DNA of 64,000 bases from Candidatus Binatus sp. (lineage in GTDB: Bacteria; Desulfobacterota; Binatia; Binatales; Binataceae): positions 27,908 through 91,907 of the forward strand of contig NZ_JBAUYR010000057.1 of the NCBI RefSeq assembly GCF_049584895.1, in the 5' to 3' direction. The notes beneath the pieces are model-generated. The model ran no database searches. It had not been told where the DNA came from and worked only from the letters and a program-made list of their open reading frames with translations. The stretch's first letter is position 1; every line of letters begins with the position of its first letter. Position numbers and translations under genes: made by a program. Shown piece by piece: positions 26,671 through 36,934 of this stretch.

Positions 26671-27615
26671 GTGGCTCGGAAGAAAATTGCGTTCATCGGG
26701 GCAGGTAATGTCGGCGCGACGTGCGCCCATCTGTGCTTTCTGCGCGAACTCGGCGACATCGTGCTGTACGACATTATCGAGGGGCTGCCGCAGGGGAAGG
26801 CGCTCGACATGCTCGAGTCGGCGCCCGTACTCGGCATCGACGTCAACGTCGTCGGCACTACCGACATCAAGCAGATCGAAGGTGCCGATTGCTGCGTGGT
26901 GACGTCGGGGTCGCCGCGCAAACCCGGGATGAGCCGCGACGATCTTTTCAAGATAAACGCCAAGGTGATGACCGACGTTGGCAGTGCGATCAAGAAGCAT
27001 GCACCCGGCGCGTTCGTGATCGCGGTCACCAATCCACTTGACGCGATGGTTACCCAGCTCAAGCGCGTGACGGGTTTCGCGAAAGGCCGAATTGTTGGAC
27101 AGGCGGGCGTCCTCGACTCGGCGCGCTACCGGACGTTTCTTGCATCGGAACTTGGTGTCTCGACTGAGAGCGTTTCCGCGATGGTGCTCGGCGGGCACGG
27201 CGACGACATGGTGCCGATTCGGAGCTACACGACTGTCGGCGGACAGCCGATCGAGCGGCTGATCTCGGCCAAGCGGCTCGAGGAAATTGAGAAGCGCACG
27301 CGCGGCGGCGGCGGCGAGATTGTCGAGCTGATGAAGACCTCGTCGTACTACGCGGCGGGCACCGCGGTTTACAAAATGGTCGAAGCGTACATGCTCGATC
27401 GCAAACAGATTCTACCGTGCGCCGCGTATCTCGACGGCGAGTACGGCGTGAAAGGATTGTTCGCGGGAGTGCCGGTGGTGATTGGCGCGGGCGGCGTCGA
27501 ACGGGTCGTCGAGATCCAGCTTACCGAGGCCGAGAAAAAGGCTTTCGACAGTTCGGTCGGTCACGTGCGCGAGCTGGTCGAAGCGATGGACAAAGTAATC
27601 GCGGCCGGAAACTAG
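26671..27615 (+). CDS. mdh: malate dehydrogenase (LDH-like family)
   Basis: KKIAFIGAGNVGATCA, VVTSGSPRKPGMSRDDL, GGHGDDMVP. Confidence 0.93.
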   Translation: MARKKIAFIGAGNVGATCAHLCFLRELGDIVLYDIIEGLPQGKALDMLESAPVLGIDVNVVGTTDIKQIEGADCCVVTSGSPRKPGMSRDDLFKINAKVMTDVGSAIKKHAPGAFVIAVTNPLDAMVTQLKRVTGFAKGRIVGQAGVLDSARYRTFLASELGVSTESVSAMVLGGHGDDMVPIRSYTTVGGQPIERLISAKRLEEIEKRTRGGGGEIVELMKTSSYYAAGTAVYKMVEAYMLDRKQILPCAAYLDGEYGVKGLFAGVPVVIGAGGVERVVEIQLTEAEKKAFDSSVGHVRELVEAMDKVIAAGN

Positions 27616-27635
27616 TCGCGACCCAGGGAAACCTT

Positions 27636-28298
27636 ATGGCTGAAGCAGAAGCAGTTGCGGCGCCTGCGATTGCAGCCGGCATGACGGCGGACCAGCGGCA
27701 CTGGCTGCTGCGCCGATTGCATTCGCTGTCGGGGATCATTCCGATCGGCGGATTTTTGTTTTTCCATCTGTTCGAAAACGCGTTCGTGCTGAGAGGCGGC
27801 GACACGTGGTGGAAGGAGACCGAGTTCACCCGCACGCTTCCGTTTCAGATCGCGGTCGAAGCATTGGTGCTGTGGATTCCGATTCTCTATCACGCGATTT
27901 ACGGGCTGGTCATCACGGCCACCGCGCAGCCGAACGACTATCCATTCGAGCGCAACTACCAGTACACCTTGCAGCGCATCACGGGAATCCTCGCGTTCCT
28001 GTTTATCGGCTTTCACGTCTTCAGCACGCGCGCCTATTTCTACGCAACCGGAGTCGAGACCAATTACCTGCGGATGCATAACTTCATGATGAATCCGCTC
28101 ATTCTGACCGTCTACATCGTCGGGACGCTGGCGTGCGTTTATCACCTGACCAACGGCATTTTCACATTCACAATCACGTGGGGAATTGCGGCCGGCGCGA
28201 AAGCACAGACCCTCATCAACCGAGCGTGCGTTTTGCTATTCGTCGTGCTGGCGATCGTCAGCGTCTCGATTCTGATCGCATTCCGCGCACCTGCCTGA
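27636..28298 (+). CDS. sdhC: succinate dehydrogenase cytochrome b subunit (b558-type, five TM helices)
   Basis: The real start is the ATG at 27636; the upstream part of ORF 27417..28298 overlaps mdh. WLLRRLHSLSGIIPIGGFLFFHLFEN is followed by His-containing TM helices. Confidence 0.8.
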   Translation: MAEAEAVAAPAIAAGMTADQRHWLLRRLHSLSGIIPIGGFLFFHLFENAFVLRGGDTWWKETEFTRTLPFQIAVEALVLWIPILYHAIYGLVITATAQPNDYPFERNYQYTLQRITGILAFLFIGFHVFSTRAYFYATGVETNYLRMHNFMMNPLILTVYIVGTLACVYHLTNGIFTFTITWGIAAGAKAQTLINRACVLLFVVLAIVSVSILIAFRAPA

Positions 28299-28310
28299 GG
28301 AGAAAAACCA

Positions 28311-30068
28311 ATGCCGGGGCATCACATAATAGTAGGCGGCGGGCTGGCTGGTTTGACCGCGGCGATGAAGCTTGCGGAGCAGGGCGAGCAGGTCGATCTT
28401 TTTTCCATCGTGCCGGTCAAGCGATCGCATTCGGTGTGCGCGCAAGGCGGAATCAACGGCGCGGTCAATACGAAAGGCGAGGGCGACTCGCCGATGATTC
28501 ATTTTGACGACACAATTTACGGCGGCGACTTTCTCGCGCATCAGCCGCCGGTCAAGGCGATGTGCGAGGCGGCGCCGGCGATCATCTACCTGTTCGATCG
28601 GATGGGCGTGATGTTCAATCGCACGCCCGAAGGCCTGCTCGACTTCCGGCGCTTCGGCGGTACCAAGCATCATCGGACCGCATTTGCGGGCGCCACCACC
28701 GGGCAGCAACTGCTCTACGCATTGGACGAGCAGGTGCGCCGTTACGAAGCGGCGGGACTGGTCCGCAAGTTCGAAGGCTGGGAGATGCTGAGCCTGGTGC
28801 AGGACGAGTCGGGCGACTGCCGCGGTATCGTCGCGATCGATACGCGATCGCTCGAAATGCGCGCGTTTCCCGCCGACACCACGATGATTGCGACTGGCGG
28901 ACCCGGGCTGGTCTTCGGGCGATCGACGCAGTCACTGGTGAACACGGGATCGGCAGTCAGCGCGTGCTACCAGGCCGGAACGACCTACGCCAACGGCGAG
29001 TTCATCCAGGTGCATCCAACCGCGATGCAGGGTGAGGACAAATTCCGGCTTATCTCGGAATCGATTCGCGGCGAGGGCGGACGGGTGTGGACCTATCGCG
29101 ACGGCAAGCCGTGGTACTTTCTCGAAGAGATGTACCCGGCGTACGGCAACCTGGTGCCGCGCGATATCGCGACCCGCGCGATTCACAAGGTCGTGTTCGA
29201 GATGAAGCTCGGCGTCGATGGCCAACCGATCGTTTACCTCGACGTGAGCCATCTCGATCCGGAGGAACTGAATCGCAAGGTCGCGGGCGTGCTGGAAATC
29301 TACCAGAAGTTCGCCGGCCAGGATCCGCGCAAAGTGCCGATGAAGATTTTTCCCGCGATGCACTATTCGATGGGCGGGCTGTGGGTCGATTACCATCAGC
29401 AGACCAATGTGCACGGCCTGTTTGCGGCGGGCGAGTGCGAGTTTCAATATCACGGCGCCAACCGGCTCGGCGCGAACTCGCTGCTCTCGTGCATGCACGG
29501 CGGAAATGTGGCGGAGCCAGCAATGATCGGCTACGCCAAATCGCACAAGAGCGAGGCCAGCTCGACAATTTTCGATCAGGAGCTGAAGCTGCAGCGCGAA
29601 TCGTTCGACAAAATTTTCAAGATGGACGGTCCCGAGAATGCGTTCGCACTGTGGCGCGAGATGGGCGACATCATGACCGAGAACGTCACCGTCGTGCGCC
29701 ACAACAAGAAACTCAAGGAGACCGACGACAAGCTGCTCGAGTTCAAAGAGCGATGGGGCCGGATAGGGCTCAACGACAAGGGCAAGTGGGCGAACCAGGA
29801 AGTGCTGTTCGTGCGCCAGTTGTGGAACATGCTCGAGCTCGCGCGGCCGATGACACTCGGCGCGCTCAATCGCAATGAATCGCGCGGCGCGCATTACAAG
29901 CCGGAGTTCCCGGAGCGCGACGACGCGAATTTTTTGAAGACCACGATGGCGACGTGGTCGTCCGACGGTCCGCGCTTCAGCTGGGAGCCGGTTGACGTGA
30001 GCATCATCAAGCCGCGGCCGCGGCGCTACGACGTGGAGAAGTCCGCCACCGAACCGAAGGCGGCTTGA
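28311..30068 (+). CDS. sdhA: succinate dehydrogenase flavoprotein subunit
   Basis: IIVGGGLAGLTAA, RSHSVCAQGGING, HPTA, HYSMGGLWVD, SRGAHYK. Confidence 0.95.
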   Translation: MPGHHIIVGGGLAGLTAAMKLAEQGEQVDLFSIVPVKRSHSVCAQGGINGAVNTKGEGDSPMIHFDDTIYGGDFLAHQPPVKAMCEAAPAIIYLFDRMGVMFNRTPEGLLDFRRFGGTKHHRTAFAGATTGQQLLYALDEQVRRYEAAGLVRKFEGWEMLSLVQDESGDCRGIVAIDTRSLEMRAFPADTTMIATGGPGLVFGRSTQSLVNTGSAVSACYQAGTTYANGEFIQVHPTAMQGEDKFRLISESIRGEGGRVWTYRDGKPWYFLEEMYPAYGNLVPRDIATRAIHKVVFEMKLGVDGQPIVYLDVSHLDPEELNRKVAGVLEIYQKFAGQDPRKVPMKIFPAMHYSMGGLWVDYHQQTNVHGLFAAGECEFQYHGANRLGANSLLSCMHGGNVAEPAMIGYAKSHKSEASSTIFDQELKLQRESFDKIFKMDGPENAFALWREMGDIMTENVTVVRHNKKLKETDDKLLEFKERWGRIGLNDKGKWANQEVLFVRQLWNMLELARPMTLGALNRNESRGAHYKPEFPERDDANFLKTTMATWSSDGPRFSWEPVDVSIIKPRPRRYDVEKSATEPKAA

Positions 30069-30087
30069 GGCCGGCAGGAGCATCGCA

Positions 30088-30837
30088 GTGGCAGAACAGA
30101 CGCAAGTCTTGAGAATCAAACGCCAGGAAACGCCGGACTCCGAGCCGTATTACGAGGAGTTCGAGATACCGTACCTGGCGAATCACAACGTCATCTCGAT
30201 GCTGATGGAGATTCGGCGCAACCCGGTAACTCGGCAGGGCAAGCGCGTCGCGCCGGTGGTGTTCGACGCCAACTGTCTCGAGGAAGTTTGCGGATCATGC
30301 ACGATGGTGATCAATGGGCGCGTGCGCCAGGCGTGCTCACAGCTTGCTGAAGGACTCAACGGGCCGGCGACGATCGAGCCGATGACGAAGTTTCAGGTGG
30401 TTCGCGATCTGTGGGTCGATCGATCCAAAATGTTCGCCGCGCTGATGAAGGCGCATGCGTGGATTCCGATCGACGGGACTTACGACCTCGGCCCGGGCCC
30501 GCGAATCGCGCCTCACGTGCAGGAGTTCGCGTACCTGTTCTCGCGATGCATGACCTGCGGATGCTGCCTCGAAGCCTGCCCCCAGGTTAATTCGCACTCG
30601 AAGTTTATGGGAGCGGCGGTCATTGGGCAGGTCCTCCTCATGAGCCAGCATCCGACGGGCAAGATGAACCTCGACGAGCGGCTCGACGCGATGATGTCGG
30701 AGGGCGGAATCGCGGACTGCGGCAACGCGCAGAACTGCGTCGAGGTCTGTCCCAAGGAAATCCCGCTAACGACTGCAATCGGCGCAGTCGGGCGGCAGAC
30801 GTCGATCAAATGGCTCCGCGACCTTTTTATGAAATGA
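30088..30837 (+). CDS. sdhB: succinate dehydrogenase iron-sulfur subunit
   Basis: Cys clusters CLEEVCGSC, CMTCGCCLEACP and CGNAQNCVEVCP. Confidence 0.93.
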   Translation: MAEQTQVLRIKRQETPDSEPYYEEFEIPYLANHNVISMLMEIRRNPVTRQGKRVAPVVFDANCLEEVCGSCTMVINGRVRQACSQLAEGLNGPATIEPMTKFQVVRDLWVDRSKMFAALMKAHAWIPIDGTYDLGPGPRIAPHVQEFAYLFSRCMTCGCCLEACPQVNSHSKFMGAAVIGQVLLMSQHPTGKMNLDERLDAMMSEGGIADCGNAQNCVEVCPKEIPLTTAIGAVGRQTSIKWLRDLFMK

Positions 30838-30847
30838 ATCGCTGAAT

Positions 30848-31474
30848 ATGGAGCTGACTAGTGGCATAGCAATTGCGGATCCTTGGGAGCGACTGAGGGG
30901 ATTGCGCGAAGACTGGTTCGAAGTCTATGACGGCATGACTGTCGAGTCGGATAACCGGCTTCGCGCGCTTGAGATTGCGATTACTGTTTGGCTCTCATCT
31001 AGCGTTGCTGGCACTAAGGCATGGAACATTTGGGAGAGGCGAGAAGAACTTGCGCAGCAACTACGCGAGATTCCCGCTGAACTCGACCTTAGTGAGGTAA
31101 ATGTTGAGGATCTTCCGAGAGTTGCAGCCGACATTCAAAATGCAATTCGTGCGATCTATGTAGATGATGTTGCGCTTAGCCTTGCCACAAAAATCCTACA
31201 CAAGAAACGCCCTCTTCTAATTCCAATCTTTGATAGCCGTGTCTCGGACCACTACTTTCCCAAGACCAGTATACGCGACAAGGAAGTACAGCTTAGCAGA
31301 TTTCCAGAAATGCTCCGCCGTTTTCATCTCGATCTTCTGCAAGCAAGAAGCGAACTGAGCGACCTGCGTCAGCGAATGCTAGCAGCAAACTGCGACATAT
31401 CGGTTGTTCGCGTTCTTGAGTACCTTGTATGGGACCACTACGACCAAGTAGCCGCATTGCGAGCTGCCAACTAA
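30848..31474 (+). CDS. orphan all-helical protein, DUF6308-like by recollection, with an HhH-like segment
   Basis: The ORF sits 10 nt after sdhB and 13 nt before sucC. Its GC is 43-53% on counted lines against 63% for sdhB. The segment [28 protein letters not shown] and the C-terminus [13 protein letters not shown] resemble what I recall of DUF6308. Confidence 0.6.
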   Translation: MELTSGIAIADPWERLRGLREDWFEVYDGMTVESDNRLRALEIAITVWLSSSVAGTKAWNIWERREELAQQLREIPAELDLSEVNVEDLPRVAADIQNAIRAIYVDDVALSLATKILHKKRPLLIPIFDSRVSDHYFPKTSIRDKEVQLSRFPEMLRRFHLDLLQARSELSDLRQRMLAANCDISVVRVLEYLVWDHYDQVAALRAAN

Positions 31475-31487
31475 AACACTGGTAAAT

Positions 31488-32651
31488 ATGAACATCCACG
31501 AATATCAAGCCAAGCAGATTCTCGGGCGCTTCGGCGTTCCCGTTCCCAAGGGGCAATTCGCAACCACGCCCGATGAGGCAGCGGCCGCGTTCACGGCGCT
31601 CGGCCAGCCGAAGGCTGTCGTCAAGGCGCAGATTCATGCGGGCGGCCGTGGCAAAGCCGGCGGCGTCAAGCTGCTGACGGCCGCGAGCGACGTGCGCGAT
31701 TTCGCCGCCAAGCTGCTCGGCAAGCCGCTGGTGACGCATCAGACTGGGCCGGAAGGCCGCGTGGTGCGGCGCGTCTATATAGAGGAGGCGAGTGACGTCG
31801 CTCGCGAGCTCTACCTCGGGATGCTGGTGGATAGGAAGGCGGGAACGGTTTCCGTGATCGCAAGCACTGAAGGCGGCATGGATATCGAAGAAGTCGCCAA
31901 CAAGACGCCGGAAAGAATTCTCACTGAACAGATCAGTCCGCTGCTCGGCATCTCAGGTTTCCAAGCGCGCAAAATTGCGTTCGCGCTTGGTCTCAAGGAC
32001 AAACAAGTCGGCCAGTTCGCTACTTTGCTAGCATCGCTCTATCGCGCGTTCGTCGAAACCGACGCGTCGCTCATCGAGATCAATCCGCTGGTCGTGACAA
32101 AGGACAACCGCGTCATCTGCCTCGACGCGAAAATGTCGTTCGACGACAACGCCTTGTTCCGTCATCCGGACATCCGCGAGCTGCGCGACGCCAACGAGGA
32201 AGATCCCGGCGAGACCGAGGCGGCTAAGTACGACCTCAGCTATGTGCATCTCGACGGTAACATTGGATGCATGGTGAACGGCGCGGGTCTCGCGATGGCG
32301 ACGATGGATATCGTCAAGATTTACGGCGCGGAGCCGGCCAACTTTCTCGACGTCGGTGGCGGCGCGAGCACCGAGAAGGTGGCGGCGGCGTTTCGGATCC
32401 TGCTCGCGGACAAGCGCGTCAAAGGCGTGCTCATCAACATCTTCGGCGGCATCATGCGATGCGACGTGCTGGCGCAGGGCGTGGTCGAAGCGGCGAAACA
32501 GGTGAAGCTCAACGTACCGCTGGTGGTGAGGATGGAAGGCACCAACGTGGTCGAGGGCAAGAAGATTCTTGCAGACTCGGGAATCAAAGTGATCGCGGCC
32601 AGTGACATGGCCGACGCTGCCAAGCGCATCGTGCAAGCAATCGCAGCCTAG
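31488..32651 (+). CDS. sucC: succinyl-CoA synthetase beta subunit
   Basis: [20 protein letters not shown], and [18 protein letters not shown]. Confidence 0.95.
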   Translation: MNIHEYQAKQILGRFGVPVPKGQFATTPDEAAAAFTALGQPKAVVKAQIHAGGRGKAGGVKLLTAASDVRDFAAKLLGKPLVTHQTGPEGRVVRRVYIEEASDVARELYLGMLVDRKAGTVSVIASTEGGMDIEEVANKTPERILTEQISPLLGISGFQARKIAFALGLKDKQVGQFATLLASLYRAFVETDASLIEINPLVVTKDNRVICLDAKMSFDDNALFRHPDIRELRDANEEDPGETEAAKYDLSYVHLDGNIGCMVNGAGLAMATMDIVKIYGAEPANFLDVGGGASTEKVAAAFRILLADKRVKGVLINIFGGIMRCDVLAQGVVEAAKQVKLNVPLVVRMEGTNVVEGKKILADSGIKVIAASDMADAAKRIVQAIAA

Positions 32652-32664
32652 TGGATTTTTTCAG

Positions 32665-33543
32665 ATGAGTATTTTAGTCGACAAAAATACCCGCGTGCTG
32701 ACGCAGGGAATCACCGGCGCGGTGGGACAGCTCCACACGCGCGCGTGCAAAGAATACGGCACGAAGATGGTCGGCGGCGTAGTGCCGGGCAAGGGCGGCA
32801 CCGACTTCGAGGGCATCCCGGTTTTTGACACCGTCGAGCAGGCGCGCAAGGCGACCGGCTGCAACGCTACCGTGATCTACGTGCCGCCGGCATTCGCCGC
32901 GGACGCGATGCTCGAGGCCGTCGCGGCTGGAATCGAGCTGGTCATCTGCATCACCGAAGGCGTGCCCGTCCTCGACATGGTTAAAGTGAAGGCGTACATG
33001 ATGGGCAGCAAGTCACGCCTGATCGGGCCCAACTGCCCGGGAATCATCACGCCGGGCGAGTGCAAAATCGGCATCATGCCGGGATACATCCACAAGCCGG
33101 GCGACATCGGCGTCGTATCGCGATCCGGCACGCTGACCTACGAAGCGGTGTATCAGTTGACGCAACTCGGAATCGGGCAATCCAGCTGCATCGGAATCGG
33201 CGGCGACCCGATCGTCGGCACCACACATATCGACGCGCTAAAATTGTTCAACGAAGATCCCAAGACGCGCGCGGTGATCATGATTGGCGAAATTGGCGGG
33301 ACGGCCGAGGAAGAGGCCGCCGAATATATAAAGCAACACTTTAAGAAACCGGTCGTCGCGTTTATCGCGGGTCAGACCGCTCCGAAAGGACGACGGATGG
33401 GGCACGCCGGCGCGATTATCTCGGGCGGACGTGGTACTGCGGCGGATAAAATCGCGGCGCTCGAGGCGGCGGGAATCACAGTCGCGCAAAGCCCGGCTGA
33501 CCTCGGCTCGACGATGAAATCCGTACTCGAAGGCAAGAAATAA
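32665..33543 (+). CDS. sucD: succinyl-CoA synthetase alpha subunit
   Basis: [27 protein letters not shown], and GHAGAII (the phosphohistidine loop). Confidence 0.95.
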   Translation: MSILVDKNTRVLTQGITGAVGQLHTRACKEYGTKMVGGVVPGKGGTDFEGIPVFDTVEQARKATGCNATVIYVPPAFAADAMLEAVAAGIELVICITEGVPVLDMVKVKAYMMGSKSRLIGPNCPGIITPGECKIGIMPGYIHKPGDIGVVSRSGTLTYEAVYQLTQLGIGQSSCIGIGGDPIVGTTHIDALKLFNEDPKTRAVIMIGEIGGTAEEEAAEYIKQHFKKPVVAFIAGQTAPKGRRMGHAGAIISGGRGTAADKIAALEAAGITVAQSPADLGSTMKSVLEGKK

Positions 33544-33547
33544 ATCG

Positions 33548-33964
33548 ATGGAACGAACTTTCGCAATCGTTAAACCCGACGCGGTCCGGCGCGGGCTCAC
33601 CGGCGACATACTCAAACGAATCGAGGCCTCCGAGCTAAAGGTCGTCGCGATGCGCAAGATTCAACTTTCGCGCGCGGACGCCGAGAAGTTTTACGATGTG
33701 CATAAAGCGCGGCCGTTCTTCAAAGGGCTGTGCGACTACATGACGAGCGGGCCGGTCGTGGTTGCGGTGCTGCAGGGCGAGGGCGCTATCAGCAAATGGC
33801 GACAGTTGATGGGCGCGACCGATCCCAAAAAGGCCGACGCCGGTACGATTCGCAAGGATTTCGGAATCGACGTCGAGCAGAACGCCACCCACGGCTCGGA
33901 CGCGCCGGAGACGGCGGCGCAGGAAATCGCGTTCTTTTTTGCCGCGCGGGAAATTCTCTCCTAG
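33548..33964 (+). CDS. ndk: nucleoside diphosphate kinase
   Basis: [12 protein letters not shown], and NATHGSD (the active-site His). Confidence 0.95.
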   Translation: MERTFAIVKPDAVRRGLTGDILKRIEASELKVVAMRKIQLSRADAEKFYDVHKARPFFKGLCDYMTSGPVVVAVLQGEGAISKWRQLMGATDPKKADAGTIRKDFGIDVEQNATHGSDAPETAAQEIAFFFAAREILS

Positions 33965-34011
33965 AAAGACGCCTGCTTTCACGGTTACGTTTCGACTAGA
34001 ATAGTCGGGCT

Positions 34012-35085
34012 GTGAACGCGAATCGCCAAACATCGGCCGAGCCGATACTCGCCAGCACTGATTTCGGTGACCTGACGCTCGATGAAGTCGAGCAAACGGT
34101 CGCGAGCGCGGGCGAACGCTCATATCGCGCGCGCCAGATTCTGCATTGGGTGCATGCTCGCGGCGCTGAATCATTCGATGAGATGCGCGATCTGCCGGCG
34201 TCGCTTCGAAATTATTTGAAGCAAAACTTCACGATTGGGCATCCGGTGCCGTCGTTCGTCTCGCGCTCGTCGGACGGCACTCGAAAACTGCTCATACGTC
34301 TTGATGATGAAGAAGAAATCGAGTCTGTGATCATCCCGACGGAAAAGCGCGTGACGCTATGTATGTCGAGCCAGGTCGGATGCGCGATGGCGTGCGAATT
34401 CTGCGCGACGGCGCGCATGGGATTGCATCGCAACCTCACCAGCTCCGAGATGCTGGCGCAGATCGTCGCCGCTCGGCGAGAACTGGCCGTGGGCGAGGAG
34501 CTAACGAATTTTGTTTTCATGGGGATGGGCGAGCCGCTCGCGAACTATCCACGTCTCGTGCGTACGCTTGCGATCATGACTTCGGAGTGGGGGATGGGCA
34601 TCTCGCCGCGGCGTATCACAGTGTCGACGGTCGGCCTGGTGCCGATGATGGAACGGCTGCTTAGTGAGACGCCCGTGAACCTGGCGGTGTCGCTGCATGC
34701 GACGACCAACGAGCTTCGCGATCGCCTCGCGCCGATCAACAAACGTTATCCGCTGGAAGTGCTGATCGACGCGTGCCGCAAACTGCCGATTAAGCGGCGC
34801 AGCCGAATCACGTTTGAGTACGTGATGCTCGCCGGGGTGAACGATTCTCTCGCGGACGCGCGGCGGCTGGTGAAGTTGCTAGCGCCGTTGCGCGCCAAAG
34901 TTAATCTGATTTTTTACAATCCGATGGAGGGATCGCCGCTGCAGAGCAGCTCGCGCGATGCGGTCGAGGCCTTTCAAGCGATCCTCAAGCACGGTAATTT
35001 GACCGCTACAATCCGCGAAAGCCGGGGGCTCGATATTGCGGCGGCATGCGGCCAGCTCTACGCCGAACAGCACGTCCCGGCCTGA
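34012..35085 (+). CDS. rlmN: 23S rRNA/tRNA adenine-C2 methyltransferase, radical SAM
   Basis: CMSSQVGCAMACEFCAT (CxxxCxxC), GMGEPLANY, and the C-terminal AACGQL. Confidence 0.9.
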   Translation: MNANRQTSAEPILASTDFGDLTLDEVEQTVASAGERSYRARQILHWVHARGAESFDEMRDLPASLRNYLKQNFTIGHPVPSFVSRSSDGTRKLLIRLDDEEEIESVIIPTEKRVTLCMSSQVGCAMACEFCATARMGLHRNLTSSEMLAQIVAARRELAVGEELTNFVFMGMGEPLANYPRLVRTLAIMTSEWGMGISPRRITVSTVGLVPMMERLLSETPVNLAVSLHATTNELRDRLAPINKRYPLEVLIDACRKLPIKRRSRITFEYVMLAGVNDSLADARRLVKLLAPLRAKVNLIFYNPMEGSPLQSSSRDAVEAFQAILKHGNLTATIRESRGLDIAAACGQLYAEQHVPA

Positions 35086-35108
35086 AAGCGTCAACCAAAA
35101 AAAGAAAA

Positions 35109-35972
35109 ATGCCACAAAACGTACTGGGAGTGATCGGCGGCAGCGGCTTCTATCAGATGAAGGGGCTGGACAAGGTCGAGCTGATGGAGCTGGAGACGCC
35201 GTTCGGCCGTCCGTCGGATCCGTTCTACCAGGGACGCATCGGCGACATCGAGGTGGTTTTCCTCGCGCGTCACGGCCGCGGGCATCGATTGTTGCCCTCG
35301 GAAATAAATTTTCGCGCCAACGTTTTCGGGATGAAGCAGCTGGGCGTGACGCATCTGGTTTCGGTGTCGACGGCGGGCAGCCTGAAAGAGGAAATGCATC
35401 CCGGCGAACTGGTGGTTCCAAATCAGTTTATCGATCGCACATTCAAGCGCCCTGAGACCTTCTTCGGCGACGGTCTAGTCGTACACGTGTCGCTTGCTGA
35501 TCCTGTCTGTACAAATCTTGCGAAGGATCTGGTCGCTGCGACGAACGCGAGCGGCGCGAAGGTTCATGACCGCGGGACGTATCTATGCATGGAAGGTCCG
35601 CAATTCTCTACGCGCGCCGAGTCGAATCTATATAGAAGCTGGGGCGCGAGCGTGATCAGCATGACCGCGATGCAGGAAGCGCGGCTCGCGCGCGAAGCGG
35701 AGATGTGTTACGCGGCGCTGGTGCTGGTGACGGATTACGATTGCTGGCATGAATCGGTCGCCGCGGTCGATATCGGCGAAATCCTGCGCGTGATGAAACT
35801 CAACGTGGATAAGGCGCAAAGCGCGGTGTCGGCGCTGGCGCATAATCTTGGCAATCGACCGCGGACCTGTAGCTGCCAGGACGCGCTCAAGAACACGATC
35901 ATTACCGATCGCGCCGCGATTCCTCAGCGCGTGATCGACGACCTAAGGCCGCTGGTAGGCAAGTATCTCTAG
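35109..35972 (+). CDS. mtnP: S-methyl-5-prime-thioadenosine phosphorylase
   Basis: LGVIGGSGFYQM, FLARHGRGH, CMEGPQFSTRAES and ISMTAMQEARLAREAE. Confidence 0.88.
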   Translation: MPQNVLGVIGGSGFYQMKGLDKVELMELETPFGRPSDPFYQGRIGDIEVVFLARHGRGHRLLPSEINFRANVFGMKQLGVTHLVSVSTAGSLKEEMHPGELVVPNQFIDRTFKRPETFFGDGLVVHVSLADPVCTNLAKDLVAATNASGAKVHDRGTYLCMEGPQFSTRAESNLYRSWGASVISMTAMQEARLAREAEMCYAALVLVTDYDCWHESVAAVDIGEILRVMKLNVDKAQSAVSALAHNLGNRPRTCSCQDALKNTIITDRAAIPQRVIDDLRPLVGKYL

Positions 35973-36010
35973 GATGCTCGAAATCCCGGGACGATGAAGG
36001 TGCGATATAG

Positions 36011-36934
36011 ATGAGTATTGTTGCGGTCGGGTTTCTAGCCTACGACACGGTAGAAACGCCCAACGGAAAAGTCGAGGAAGTCCTGGGTGGTGGGGCCAGC
36101 TACTTTGCGATTGCGGCGAGATTTTTCTCGCCGGTCAGCATCGTCGCCGTGGTCGGTTCGGATTTCAAGGCCGAGGATATGCGTCTGTTCACGGAGCGGA
36201 ACATCGACGTGCGCGGAGTCGTCAAACGCGAGGGCAAGACGACGCGATGGCACGGGCGCTATCACGAAGACCTGAACACGCGGGACACCGTTTCGCTTTC
36301 GCTCAACGTCCTGGAAAACTTCACGCCTGAATTGCTGCCCGATCAATGTCGCGCGGACTATCTGTACCTCGCGCCAAACGATCCCGCGCTGCAGGAACAC
36401 GTACTGGATCAGGTGCACAGTCCCAAAGTAGTGGTGGCGGATCTGTATGATTATTGGATCGAGAAGACGCGGCCCGGCCTCACCAAAGTGCTCGAGCGAA
36501 TCCAGATCCTGCTTTGCAGCGACAGCGAGGCGCGAATCCTTTCCGGCGAACACAACCTGGTGAAGGCGGGGCGAGCGATCCTGAAGATGGGTCCCGGCAC
36601 CGTTCTGATCAAGCGCGGCGAGTATGGCGTGCTTCAGTTCAGCAAGGAAGGAATGTTCGCGGTGCCCGCATATCCGCTGGAGGAGGTCGTCGATCCTACC
36701 GGCGCGGGCGACACGTTCGCGGGCGCCATGATGGGATTCCTCGCGCGGCACGGGCGTATCACGGAGTCCTCGTTGCGCACGGCAGTCGTATACGGCAGCG
36801 TAGTGGCCTCTTTCGGAGTCGAGCGTTTCTCGCTGGACCGACTGCTGGATCTGAGCTGGGAAGAAATAGATCATCGCTATCGGGAATTTATCAATCTGAT
36901 CGATTCTCACCATTCGAGATGGACTACTCAGTAG
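36011..36934 (+). CDS. PfkB-family carbohydrate/nucleoside kinase
   Basis: The C-terminal signature is VVDPTGAGDTFAGAMMGFL. Confidence 0.8.
   Translation: MSIVAVGFLAYDTVETPNGKVEEVLGGGASYFAIAARFFSPVSIVAVVGSDFKAEDMRLFTERNIDVRGVVKREGKTTRWHGRYHEDLNTRDTVSLSLNVLENFTPELLPDQCRADYLYLAPNDPALQEHVLDQVHSPKVVVADLYDYWIEKTRPGLTKVLERIQILLCSDSEARILSGEHNLVKAGRAILKMGPGTVLIKRGEYGVLQFSKEGMFAVPAYPLEEVVDPTGAGDTFAGAMMGFLARHGRITESSLRTAVVYGSVVASFGVERFSLDRLLDLSWEEIDHRYREFINLIDSHHSRWTTQ

Noticed and set aside
28932-30119. 395-aa minus-strand ORF
   Set aside because: It is antisense to sdhA and has no motifs. It is a typical GC-rich shadow frame.
36454-36918. Upstream 155 codons of the ORF 36454..37857
   Set aside because: This part overlaps the PfkB kinase gene in another frame. 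The glycosyltransferase motif set starts right after the ATG at 36919.
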